The position numbers were made by a program, and so were the translations under genes. From Bryobacterales bacterium (GTDB lineage: Bacteria; Acidobacteriota; Terriglobia; Bryobacterales; Bryobacteraceae), in assembly GCA_025462965.1 (NCBI GenBank), contig JAOAPQ010000434.1, positions 1 through 53,310 on the forward strand: a DNA stretch of 53,310 bases. The letters are read 5' to 3'. This document shows positions 8,884 to 17,329 of the stretch, in pieces (the first letter of the stretch is position 1; every line of letters begins with the position of its first letter). The notes under the pieces were generated by a model, which saw nothing but the letters and a program-made list of their open reading frames with translations, did no database searches and was not told the DNA's origin.

Positions 8884-11800
8884 ATGATCACGTATATGAA
8901 ATCGAGGCATCTTTCCGACTCACGTAAGGTCGGTGCTTTCTTGAAGGCGGCCATCAGTGTTCTAGCGGTGGGGATGCGCGTTTTGGCGGCTCCCGGAGCA
9001 CCCGTATCGGATGAATTCAATAGCACGGTGCTGAACACCTCGTTGTGGACGTTTACCAATCCCGCCGGCGGCACCTTTTCCCTCAACGGGATCAACCTGC
9101 TGTTGTCGGTGCCGGGTGGAGCGACCCACGACCCGACGGCATCCGGTTCCGACAATGCCGTCCGCATGATGCAGACGATCGCCAACGTTGACTTCGATGT
9201 AATTGCTAAGTTCGATTCGATTCCCACGGCTCAGTACACCAACGAGGGCGTCATAGTGGAGCAGAATGGGAGCAACTTCCTGCGTTTCGAATTGTATTCG
9301 GACGGCAGTCAAACGAGCCTATATGCCGCCACCATCGTTGCCGGCGCTGAGACAGCCCGGCTCAATAACGTAGTGGCAGCCGGTGCAGCCTCCTTCTGGC
9401 TACGAGTGAAGCGGGTGGGTAATACCTGGACTGAGAGCTGGTCGAAAGACGGAGTCACTTATACCACCGGCGTCACCTTTACACAGGCTCTCACAGCCGC
9501 CCGCATCGGGCCGTTCGGAGCGAATTATTTCGAGCCGGCCAGCAGCACGCCAGCGTTTACCGCCTCCGTGGATTACTTCCGCAATGCCGGTGGTCCCGAT
9601 CTGACACTCACCAAGACCCACACCGGCAACTTCACGCCGGGCGGAACCGGCAGCTACACGATCACTGTGAAGAACACGGGTTCGGCTGCAACTACAGGTA
9701 CCGTGACCATGACCGACACGGTTCCCACCGGGCTCACCGCAACCACGTTGAGCGGCACCGGTTGGACCTGCGCACTCACCCCCACGGTGAACTGCACCCG
9801 TTCCGATGCTCTGCCCGCAAATGCAAGTTATCCGGCCATCACGCTGGCGGTTAGTGTCGCCGGCAATGCGCCTGCGACCGTGACCAACACGGCCACCGTG
9901 GCGGGTGGCGGCGAGACCAACACGGCGAACGACTCGGCCAGTGATCCCACAACGATTAGCGCCGCCGGGGTGCCTGACATTACAATCACTAAGACCCACA
10001 GCGGCAACTTCACGCCAGGCGGAACGGGCACCTACACTATCACAGTAAATAACGTGGGCCCAGCTGCAACCACAGGTACCGTGACCATGACCGACACGGT
10101 CCCGACCGGGCTCACTGCGACAGCGTTGAGCGGCACGGGTTGGACCTGCGCGCTCACCCCAACTGTGAACTGCACCCGCAGCAACGCGCTGGCGGGAGGC
10201 ACAAGCTATCCGGCGATCACACTGACGGTGAGCGTGGCCAGCAATGCGCCTGCGACCGTGACCAACACGGCCACCGTAGCAGGCGGCGGCGAGACCAATA
10301 CCGCGAACGATACCGCCACCGATCCCACAACAACCAACGCCACCGGCCCGGCCCTCCAACTCACTAAGACTCATAGTGGCAACTTCACCCAAGGCGGCAC
10401 GGGCAGCTATACGATCACAGCTCGTAACGTCGGAACAGCCGCCACGACCGGCGCGTTGACTATGACGGATACACTCCCCAACGGACTAACCGCGACAGCC
10501 GTAAGCGGCTCGGGCTGGACCTGCGCGTTGACGCCCACGGTAAATTGCACGCGTAGCGACACACTAGCCTCGGGTGTGAGCCATCCGGCGATCACGTTGG
10601 CGGCGAGTGTGGCTAACAACGCGCCCTCCAGTGTCACTAACTCGGCGACTCTCTCCGGCGGAGGTGCTCCAACTAATGCCACGGCCAGCGATCCCACTAC
10701 AGTTACTGGAGCGGGTCCGGCCATCACCTCCGTGGCGGTCAACCCCAGCAACACAACGGCGGTTGTCACTTGGACCACTGACAAACCGTCCACGAGCCGC
10801 GTCGATGACGGGACCACGACGGGCTACGGGCAGACTGTGACACAAGCAACTTTGGTGACGAGCCACAGGCTTAGCCTGACGGGGCTGCAATGTGCCCAAT
10901 TGTACGATTTTAAGGTGACCTCAACCGATGCAAACGGCAACACGGCAAGCTCACCGAATGGCACCTTCACAACCAGTTCCTGTCCGGCAGGCGGCCCGAT
11001 TTCCGATAGCTTCGATGCCCCAACGATCAACACGTCGCTGTGGACCGCCTTCAATCCTCTGGGAGATGGCTTTGTCACCTCCAACGGAAACAATGCAGTA
11101 ATAACAGTTCCCGCCCACACTTCCCATGATCCCGCTGCTGGTGGTGCCGATAATTCCTTGCGCATCATGCAGAACATTTCCAACGTCGATTTCGGAATCG
11201 AGGTGAAGTTCGTGTCGGCAGTGATGTGGGCCTATCAGCAGCAGGGAATCATTGTGGAGCAGGACGGTACCAACTTCCTCCGGTTCCAGATCTATCATGA
11301 TGGCAACACGCCGCGTTTGTACGCGAGCAGCATTATCGCCGGCCAGGAGACGCCTCAAGTCGACACGCCCATCCCGGTGAACCCGACGGTCTGGTTGCGG
11401 GTGACCCGCGCCGGCAACACCTGGACCAATACTTGGTCGCTCGACGGGAACACCTTCACAACCGGTATCGTCTTCAGCCAGGCGCTCACGACGAACCGAA
11501 TCGGACCATTTGCCGCGAATTACGTCGGCCCGTCCTCTGACACGCCGGCCTTTACCGCCTCTGTGGACTATTTTTTCAACTCAAGCAGTCCCCTTCCGAA
11601 TCAGACTGGTCCCCTGCCCTTCGATCGCATTGTCATCGACCCGGTACCGGGAGGCACCGTGGTTGAGAAAGCCATGGCCGATCTGGACGGAGACGGCCGT
11701 CCGGATGCGATTATCGGCATTACGGATCCTCAAAATATCGGTATCCACTGGTACGAAAATCCCCATTCCGGCGTCCTGACGGATCCATGGCTAAAACACA

Positions 11801-12768
11801 CGATTGTGGCCAGCGGGAACGCCTATGAGGATATGCTCGCGTTCGATGTGAATGGTGACGGAGCCATCGACGTGATCGCCAGCATCGACGGTCAAATCAA
11901 ATGGTTCGAGAACCCAAGAGGGAGCGGAGGGAATGCCGCGACCAATCCATGGCCTGTTCATACCATCGGAGCCGGGGGCCCGGGAGAGAACAACATGGTT
12001 TTGGCCGACCTGGATGGCGATGGAAAGATGGATATAGCCACTGAGGACTTCGTTTACTTCCAAAATAGCCCGACTTCCTGGACCAGGGTTCAGTACAACA
12101 ATGCAAATCGTGGAGTCGCTTTACTGGACCTCGGGTCCGGTAATGGAAGCATCAACCTCCTGAGCACCGGTCCGGCGCCATACAATGCAGTGTGGTTTGA
12201 GAATCCGCGTGAACATGGCGGCAATCCACGCACTGATCCGTGGGTGATGCATACGATCGGGCCCACCTATACATGCGGGTCTAACAACTGTCCGGATGGC
12301 CCATATGTGGCTGTTTACGGCGCGGCGGACCTGAACGGGGATGGACGGATGGACGTAGTAGTTTCCCAATCTGAGGGAGTGACATCGCCGCCCCCACCCC
12401 CCGGCGGACTAATTTGGTATGAGGCGCCTGCCGACCGCCGGAACGGACAATGGATCAAGCACACCATCGACTCCACTTTTCAAGACGCTCACAACGTGCG
12501 AATAGCGGATATCAATGGGGATGGAACGTTGGATCTCGTGGAGGCCGAGCAGGAACAGTCCCCGCAACGACGCGTTTCGGTGTTTTACAATGACGGCCGC
12601 GGGAATTTTACGCAGCAGGTATTATCCAACACCAGCGGGCACAATCCCGTCGTGATCGACATGGGAGGCGATGGCGATTTGGACATCTTAAACTCCCCAC
12701 ACGGGTTCTTCGCGGCGCCGAATCCGCTTGAGATTTACGTGAACAAGCGAGTCCCAGGCCCACGGTAA
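8884..12768 (+). CDS. Giant secreted modular protein. Order of domains: signal peptide, ConA/LamG-like module, 3 DUF11-type repeats, FN3, ConA-like module, FG-GAP/VCBS beta-propeller.
   Basis: ORF track gives 8818..12768. ATG 8884 is preceded by AAGAGG, and ATG 8896 is an alternative start. A signal-like segment is KVGAFLKAAISVLAVGMRVLAAPGAP. FG-GAP/VCBS motifs recur: DLDGDGRPDAIIG, FDVNGDGAIDVIAS, ADLDGDGKMDIAT, ADLNGDGRMDVVVS, ADINGDGTLDLVEA, IDMGGDGDLDILNS. Confidence 0.9.
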   Translation: MITYMKSRHLSDSRKVGAFLKAAISVLAVGMRVLAAPGAPVSDEFNSTVLNTSLWTFTNPAGGTFSLNGINLLLSVPGGATHDPTASGSDNAVRMMQTIANVDFDVIAKFDSIPTAQYTNEGVIVEQNGSNFLRFELYSDGSQTSLYAATIVAGAETARLNNVVAAGAASFWLRVKRVGNTWTESWSKDGVTYTTGVTFTQALTAARIGPFGANYFEPASSTPAFTASVDYFRNAGGPDLTLTKTHTGNFTPGGTGSYTITVKNTGSAATTGTVTMTDTVPTGLTATTLSGTGWTCALTPTVNCTRSDALPANASYPAITLAVSVAGNAPATVTNTATVAGGGETNTANDSASDPTTISAAGVPDITITKTHSGNFTPGGTGTYTITVNNVGPAATTGTVTMTDTVPTGLTATALSGTGWTCALTPTVNCTRSNALAGGTSYPAITLTVSVASNAPATVTNTATVAGGGETNTANDTATDPTTTNATGPALQLTKTHSGNFTQGGTGSYTITARNVGTAATTGALTMTDTLPNGLTATAVSGSGWTCALTPTVNCTRSDTLASGVSHPAITLAASVANNAPSSVTNSATLSGGGAPTNATASDPTTVTGAGPAITSVAVNPSNTTAVVTWTTDKPSTSRVDDGTTTGYGQTVTQATLVTSHRLSLTGLQCAQLYDFKVTSTDANGNTASSPNGTFTTSSCPAGGPISDSFDAPTINTSLWTAFNPLGDGFVTSNGNNAVITVPAHTSHDPAAGGADNSLRIMQNISNVDFGIEVKFVSAVMWAYQQQGIIVEQDGTNFLRFQIYHDGNTPRLYASSIIAGQETPQVDTPIPVNPTVWLRVTRAGNTWTNTWSLDGNTFTTGIVFSQALTTNRIGPFAANYVGPSSDTPAFTASVDYFFNSSSPLPNQTGPLPFDRIVIDPVPGGTVVEKAMADLDGDGRPDAIIGITDPQNIGIHWYENPHSGVLTDPWLKHTIVASGNAYEDMLAFDVNGDGAIDVIASIDGQIKWFENPRGSGGNAATNPWPVHTIGAGGPGENNMVLADLDGDGKMDIATEDFVYFQNSPTSWTRVQYNNANRGVALLDLGSGNGSINLLSTGPAPYNAVWFENPREHGGNPRTDPWVMHTIGPTYTCGSNNCPDGPYVAVYGAADLNGDGRMDVVVSQSEGVTSPPPPPGGLIWYEAPADRRNGQWIKHTIDSTFQDAHNVRIADINGDGTLDLVEAEQEQSPQRRVSVFYNDGRGNFTQQVLSNTSGHNPVVIDMGGDGDLDILNSPHGFFAAPNPLEIYVNKRVPGPR
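9592..10720 (+). repeat. Three tandem ~378-bp coding repeats (DUF11-type) inside 8884..12768; the third unit is more diverged
   Basis: The units begin at 9592, 9970 and 10348. The third unit has GGGAPTNATASD in place of GGGETNTANDTASD. Confidence 0.85.
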
Positions 12769-12798
12769 TTCCGGTCAAACCGCGGTGATTCGTCCGAC

Positions 12799-14883
12799 TC
12801 ACGGAACCAGCGGACTCGCTGCGTTGAAAAAGTAGTCGATCGAGGCGGTGAACGGCGGCGTCATCGCAGGGACATCCAAATAGTTTGAGGCAAAGGGTCC
12901 AATCCGCGCCGCTGTCATGGGCTGGCTAAAAGTCATCGCCGGAGTATAGTTGGTTCCGTCCGTTGACGAACTACCGATCCAGGTATTACCGGTGCGCGCG
13001 AGCCGCAACCAGAACGACGGGCCGCCGACGGCCACGCGCATGTTGATTTTGGGGATTTCATAACCCGCAACGATAGTAGCCGCGAATACGTAGGTCTGAT
13101 TACCGTCCGAATACAGCTCGAAACGCACGAAGTTGCTACCGTCCTGCTCGACAATAATTCCCTCGTCGGTGTACCGGCTCTTTGGAATCGAGTCGAATTT
13201 GACCATCACGTCGAAGTCTCCATTAGCGATAGTCTGCATCATTCGCACGGCATTGTTGGCGCCGCCGCCCGCGGGATCGTGAGTCGAACCCCCTGGGGCT
13301 GATAAAAGGAGATTGGCGCCTGTGAGGGAGTAACTGCCGCCCGCCGGATTGACGAACGTCCAAAGCGAAGTGTTCAGGGAGTTTAGGTTGAAGTTATCGG
13401 ACTGCGGCCCGCCGCCGCCAGCGCAGTCACCGGTGGAAAATCTTGCGTTTGGCGAACTGGCACTGTTTCCGCCCGAATCGATAGAGGTCACCTTAAAGTC
13501 GTATGGCGTTCCGCAGTTCAATCCGAATAGGCTGAGTATGTGACTTGTCACCAGACCGGAACTGTCGGCAGCCCGGCCATAGTTCGGGGCACTCCCATAG
13601 TCAACGTGGCTGGTGGCCGCTTTATCAGTGGTCCACAGGATCGTAGCCGTACTTAGGGCAGGTACCGCGACGACACCGCTGATGACAGGCGGAACCCCTG
13701 CGGCGGTACCCAGATTCCTCCACAGTTCGAGGGGATTCGGGGCGCCGTAGAACCCGTGGTTCGCAGACAGGACACTGGGGTAGCTGTCATTACCAACAAT
13801 GCCGGCCTTCAAGTTGTGTCCACCCGTGGCGGCCAGAAGTTGCATGTTCCATGAGGAGGCGGCCTGGCTGCTGAAGTAGACGCCGATGCGCTTGCCGGCA
13901 GATTGCTCCTGCTCGGCAAATGCAATGTCCGGCCTGCCATCGCCGTCGAAATCGGCGATTTGCAACGATCCCTGGTGGACATAACTCATCGGACCGATGA
14001 TATGCTTGACCCAGGCTCCTGTGCGCGGGTCGGCGGGAGATTCATACCACACCAGGTTGCCGTCGTTGTACATAGGAGTCATGGCAACGTCCACGCGACC
14101 GTCCCCGTTAAAGTCCGTGGCGGCGCTCGTCATGTCGCCGCTGAAGCCGGGAAATGCGTCAATCACGTGCACTGCCCAGACGTCAGTCGCGGGATTTCCG
14201 CCCCGATGCGCCGGATTCTCAAACCATGCGAATTGTGTACCATTCTGATACGGAGCGACGATGTCCAGAAAGCCGTCGCCCAGTATATTCGCGAGACTTG
14301 TACCCTCGAAGCTTCGACCGATCTGCTGAGGACCTATGAGGGTCCAACTGTCCGGCGTTGTGCCCTGCAGGTAGATTCCACTTTCCGTGGCGACGTCAAC
14401 CTTTCCATCCCGGTTGATGTCGCCAACAACGATATCGTGGGAGGGGGGGCCGCTGTTAATGAGGTGAACATTCCACGTGCTGGTGTAGGGGTCTGCCCCG
14501 TGCTTCAGAGGATTTTCGAGCCAATATGTATAACCGCTGAGTCCGCCGACCACTATATCCAGTGCGCCGTCGCCGTTAATGTCCACTGCCTGCGCATCCT
14601 CATCTCCGCCGGCGTGGGAATAGTTGGTTATCAACTGGGAGGTCCAATTGGGGTACTTGTAAAGCCTGAACCCCTGGGAGCCGGACAGTGCGCCGAATCC
14701 CGCATGACCGTCATTCGCAAAGTCACCGATCACCTTAGGCTTATGACCATTGGGGATCAGGTTGAAATCGACTATGAGATGCGATAATGACACCGCGGCG
14801 GCGGCACTCGCCGCAAGGGCCAGAATTGCGAATGCAAGTGTCGAGTTCTTTACTACTGGCGTTTGCAGGATCAACTTAATCAT
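12799..14883 (-). CDS. Secreted FG-GAP/VCBS propeller, FN3 and ConA/LamG-like module protein (694 aa)
   Basis: The N-terminus is signal-like (TLAFAILALAASAAAAVS). FG-GAP motifs are VDINGDGALDIVVG, GDINRDGKVDVAT, TDFNGDGRVDVAM and ADFDGDGRPDIAF. FN3 reads ATILWTTDKAATSHVDYG...YDFKVTSIDSGGN. The C-terminal module SDNFNLNSLNTSLWTFVNPAGG...FTASIDYFFN belongs to the same family as in 2996..7735. Confidence 0.9.
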   Translation of the reverse strand: MIKLILQTPVVKNSTLAFAILALAASAAAAVSLSHLIVDFNLIPNGHKPKVIGDFANDGHAGFGALSGSQGFRLYKYPNWTSQLITNYSHAGGDEDAQAVDINGDGALDIVVGGLSGYTYWLENPLKHGADPYTSTWNVHLINSGPPSHDIVVGDINRDGKVDVATESGIYLQGTTPDSWTLIGPQQIGRSFEGTSLANILGDGFLDIVAPYQNGTQFAWFENPAHRGGNPATDVWAVHVIDAFPGFSGDMTSAATDFNGDGRVDVAMTPMYNDGNLVWYESPADPRTGAWVKHIIGPMSYVHQGSLQIADFDGDGRPDIAFAEQEQSAGKRIGVYFSSQAASSWNMQLLAATGGHNLKAGIVGNDSYPSVLSANHGFYGAPNPLELWRNLGTAAGVPPVISGVVAVPALSTATILWTTDKAATSHVDYGSAPNYGRAADSSGLVTSHILSLFGLNCGTPYDFKVTSIDSGGNSASSPNARFSTGDCAGGGGPQSDNFNLNSLNTSLWTFVNPAGGSYSLTGANLLLSAPGGSTHDPAGGGANNAVRMMQTIANGDFDVMVKFDSIPKSRYTDEGIIVEQDGSNFVRFELYSDGNQTYVFAATIVAGYEIPKINMRVAVGGPSFWLRLARTGNTWIGSSSTDGTNYTPAMTFSQPMTAARIGPFASNYLDVPAMTPPFTASIDYFFNAASPLVP

Positions 14884-16053
14884 CTAATCTCCTTCACTTA
14901 TGGCCTTAAGGACAAAGGGCAGCGTTAGTAACTTGCCGGACCGTTTGAGTTGTATCCACGCTTTGTATTTACCCGGCTTTGGGAATCGCACCTGAAAAGA
15001 AAGTAGTCCTTCGTTGACGGCCTGGCCGTCACGCGGTTCCGGATGCGAATGGATGAAGGTTGTGGCATCCTGCTCCACCAGGACCATATGGGCGGGCGCG
15101 CCGAGCCACGGCTCGAGGTCCATGGGCGCATTTCCAGAAGAATCCCGCATTCGAAAGCTCAAAATCATCGAGCGCCGGGCCGCTATGTACGATGGCTGCA
15201 TAGTCAACGTCAGCCCGTCCTGGGACGCGACGGACGTGACCGCCGGTAAGGGTGTTCGAGTCCGAAGCGGACGTCCACCGACGATCATAGAGCCGAGCGC
15301 CACCTGCTCACCGGACCCACGCGGCGCTGTGTCGGCGAAGAACACCCACGTCCCGGCGCTCGGAAACCGAAAGACCTCGGAGAAAGAACCATCGGGTTGT
15401 AATACCGGGTGCTCGTGGGAAAAAGAACCCAAATCCTCGCTGACAACGATCAGGTGCATTTTCTTTTCGTGGAGGGTTTCGAACTCGGTAACCGCCCGGC
15501 CCATTTCCCGCGACCAAACGGAAAGAGACAGCGTGACGGGCTTACCCGCGTCCAAGCGCTCGGGTTCGTGGTCAATTTTGAGCCAGTACGGCTTCGGGAG
15601 CGCCGGCGCGTTCATGTTTTCGTCCAGCACCTCAACCAGGTAAGTGACGGACACCAACTGAGCGGCCAGCGATGGCACAAAGCCGACACTGACTCGATAA
15701 AATCCGGCGTGTGGGAAGGCGGTCTTCAGACCGTAAGAACCTGGGTAACCGAGCCAACGCACGTCCGGCATGATGACTGGCATGCCGGGCATCGAGGGCA
15801 TCGCAATCTGACTGGAAAGCCGTTCACAGCTAACGCCGGATGGCGCGACGTCACCCGAACCTGCGAAATTCGAAATTCGCAGGAACAACTCCAGTCGTTC
15901 GCCAGCTCGAATACCTTCCGGCGGGACGTTCAGATCGACTGTGTACTGACCGTTCTGCTCACGAAGAACCGTGACGTGTCCACCGGCGAACGCCGCCGAC
16001 AGAAGAAACGTCGTTAGGCACCGTGCGACCTGCACTAGCGATTCCACCTGCAA
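14884..16053 (-). CDS. Putative secreted metal-binding protein with a Met-rich motif and two HxHP Ig-like (YtkA/FixH-like) domains
   Basis: The start is TTG at 16053, with an alternative GTG at 16035 that shares 1 nt with the upstream TAG. The stop abuts the downstream ATG with no gap. Motifs are IAMPSMPGMPVIMPD (aa 85-96), MHLIVVSEDLGSFSHEHP and AHMVLVEQDATTFIHSHP. The functional call is pattern-based only. Confidence 0.45.
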   Translation of the reverse strand: MQVESLVQVARCLTTFLLSAAFAGGHVTVLREQNGQYTVDLNVPPEGIRAGERLELFLRISNFAGSGDVAPSGVSCERLSSQIAMPSMPGMPVIMPDVRWLGYPGSYGLKTAFPHAGFYRVSVGFVPSLAAQLVSVTYLVEVLDENMNAPALPKPYWLKIDHEPERLDAGKPVTLSLSVWSREMGRAVTEFETLHEKKMHLIVVSEDLGSFSHEHPVLQPDGSFSEVFRFPSAGTWVFFADTAPRGSGEQVALGSMIVGGRPLRTRTPLPAVTSVASQDGLTLTMQPSYIAARRSMILSFRMRDSSGNAPMDLEPWLGAPAHMVLVEQDATTFIHSHPEPRDGQAVNEGLLSFQVRFPKPGKYKAWIQLKRSGKLLTLPFVLKAISEGD

Positions 16054-17153
16054 TCCGATAACAATCCGCTAAAGAGGGCGCGTGTAGCTAAGAAGCTTCC
16101 ACGAACCCAGCCGCCCGGGTTGTGGAGACCGTCGGGCATGGCGGTTGCCGCGCGCCCCTTCGGCCGGCGTATCGCAGCAAGGATAGTAACGCCGAGCAGA
16201 CCGAAGCCCACAAGCGACAATGAGGAGGCCTCGGGCACGAACTCCAGCGGCGCAGCTACGAAACCGTGAAAGTGATCGACACTTTCCATTGAGTAACCGA
16301 CTATGTAGCCTGCGTCGTTTATGCCTCTCGCGTAGCTATCTCCTGCAGGTACCCCGGGGTCGAAGAATACCACGTAGGCTGTTCCGTCGGCGCTTCGTAA
16401 GAAATTGTGAATGCCTGTCTGTCCGTAAAACACCCCCACGGTTTGCCCCATGTCGTTGATACCTGACACGTTTGTGCCGAGAGTGGCGTCCGGTGCATCA
16501 AATATAAAGTAGTCAACGGCTCCAGAACTGCGTATGAACGAATGGGCGCCTGAATCGGAAACGAAGTAACCCACCGTCGTTCCGCTGTTATTAATGCCGG
16601 TAACATGTGTCTCGGAGTTGGCTATCGGAGCATCGATAATCGTGTAAGAACTACCGTCGGCACTGCGCAAAAAACCGTGGAACTTCCTGCTGGCGTCTTG
16701 GAACGTCCCCACGATCTCTCCCTCAGCATCAATGCCAAACGCAGTCGTGCTTCCCTGGAGCGCACTCGGCACATCGAAGCTATCGTAAGCGGTTCCATCA
16801 GGACTCCTTACAAACCCGTGACTTTTTTGGCTCTCATCGGTAAACATGCCGACAATCGCCCCTGTGTCGCTAATGCCCGTTACGACGGATCCAAGAGCAT
16901 TGAAGGGGAAGTCGATCGCTACAAAGTTGGTATCAGAATTGCGCAGGAACCCATGCACCACGCCATGAATGTCACGGTAAGAGCCGACGATCTGCCCTTT
17001 ATTGTTAATACCAAGGGCTAGCGTCGTCCCGCCTTGGGAGTCCGGTACGACCAACGACGTGAAACTGAACGTACTGGCCCATCCAGGCGAAGCGGTGCTA
17101 AACATTGAGAGTATGCAACCCGCGCGGAGTAACGTCCGCAACCAAGCAGTCAT
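16035..17153 (-). CDS. HAF-family extracellular repeat protein with a PEP-CTERM-like sorting signal
   Basis: The signal-like N-terminus is LLRAGCILSMFSTASPGWA. There are about 6-7 repeats of ~46 aa of the form HGF(L/V)R..DG......D.P......GIN..G.IVG. Near the C-terminus, VPEASSLSLVGFGLLGVTILAAIRR (aa ~304-330) fits a PEP-CTERM signal (PEx, TM helix, RR). It is followed by an atypical 42-aa tail. Confidence 0.75.
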   Translation of the reverse strand: MTAWLRTLLRAGCILSMFSTASPGWASTFSFTSLVVPDSQGGTTLALGINNKGQIVGSYRDIHGVVHGFLRNSDTNFVAIDFPFNALGSVVTGISDTGAIVGMFTDESQKSHGFVRSPDGTAYDSFDVPSALQGSTTAFGIDAEGEIVGTFQDASRKFHGFLRSADGSSYTIIDAPIANSETHVTGINNSGTTVGYFVSDSGAHSFIRSSGAVDYFIFDAPDATLGTNVSGINDMGQTVGVFYGQTGIHNFLRSADGTAYVVFFDPGVPAGDSYARGINDAGYIVGYSMESVDHFHGFVAAPLEFVPEASSLSLVGFGLLGVTILAAIRRPKGRAATAMPDGLHNPGGWVRGSFLATRALFSGLLSDCRWNR

Positions 17154-17329
17154 AAGTAGCTCTTCGACAGTGTTGCTTCGATCCTTGTGTCGGCAACCGG
17201 GCTTAAACCCACAGCGACACAGTAACTATTTATCTTCCTCCCGTTTGATAGAACCGTAAACCTAGGTGTTTTACTAGCCGGGTTGGAATCTTCTCAATAG
17301 TGTCAACGGCTCGACGGAGGCGAGAATCG

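Noticed and set aside
8593-8910. 105-aa minus-strand ORF spanning the intergenic region upstream of the third giant gene
   Set aside because: It overlaps the end of the methyltransferase gene and the start of the giant gene, and no recognisable family or RBS was seen.
9400-10392. 330-aa minus-strand ORF antisense to the DUF11 repeats. Similar antisense ORFs lie at 170..355, 531..965, 5189..5518 and 10407..10817.
   Set aside because: Its composition is Arg/Gly/Cys-rich and low-complexity, as expected for the reverse frame of GC-rich repeats. The sense strand carries strong, repeated domain homology.
13903-14787. 294-aa plus-strand ORF opposite the FG-GAP gene. Similar cases are 15014..15643 and 15409..16017 opposite the HxHP gene.
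   Set aside because: These are shadow ORFs in high-GC coding DNA with no recognisable motifs. The opposite strand has clear FG-GAP or HxHP domain signatures.
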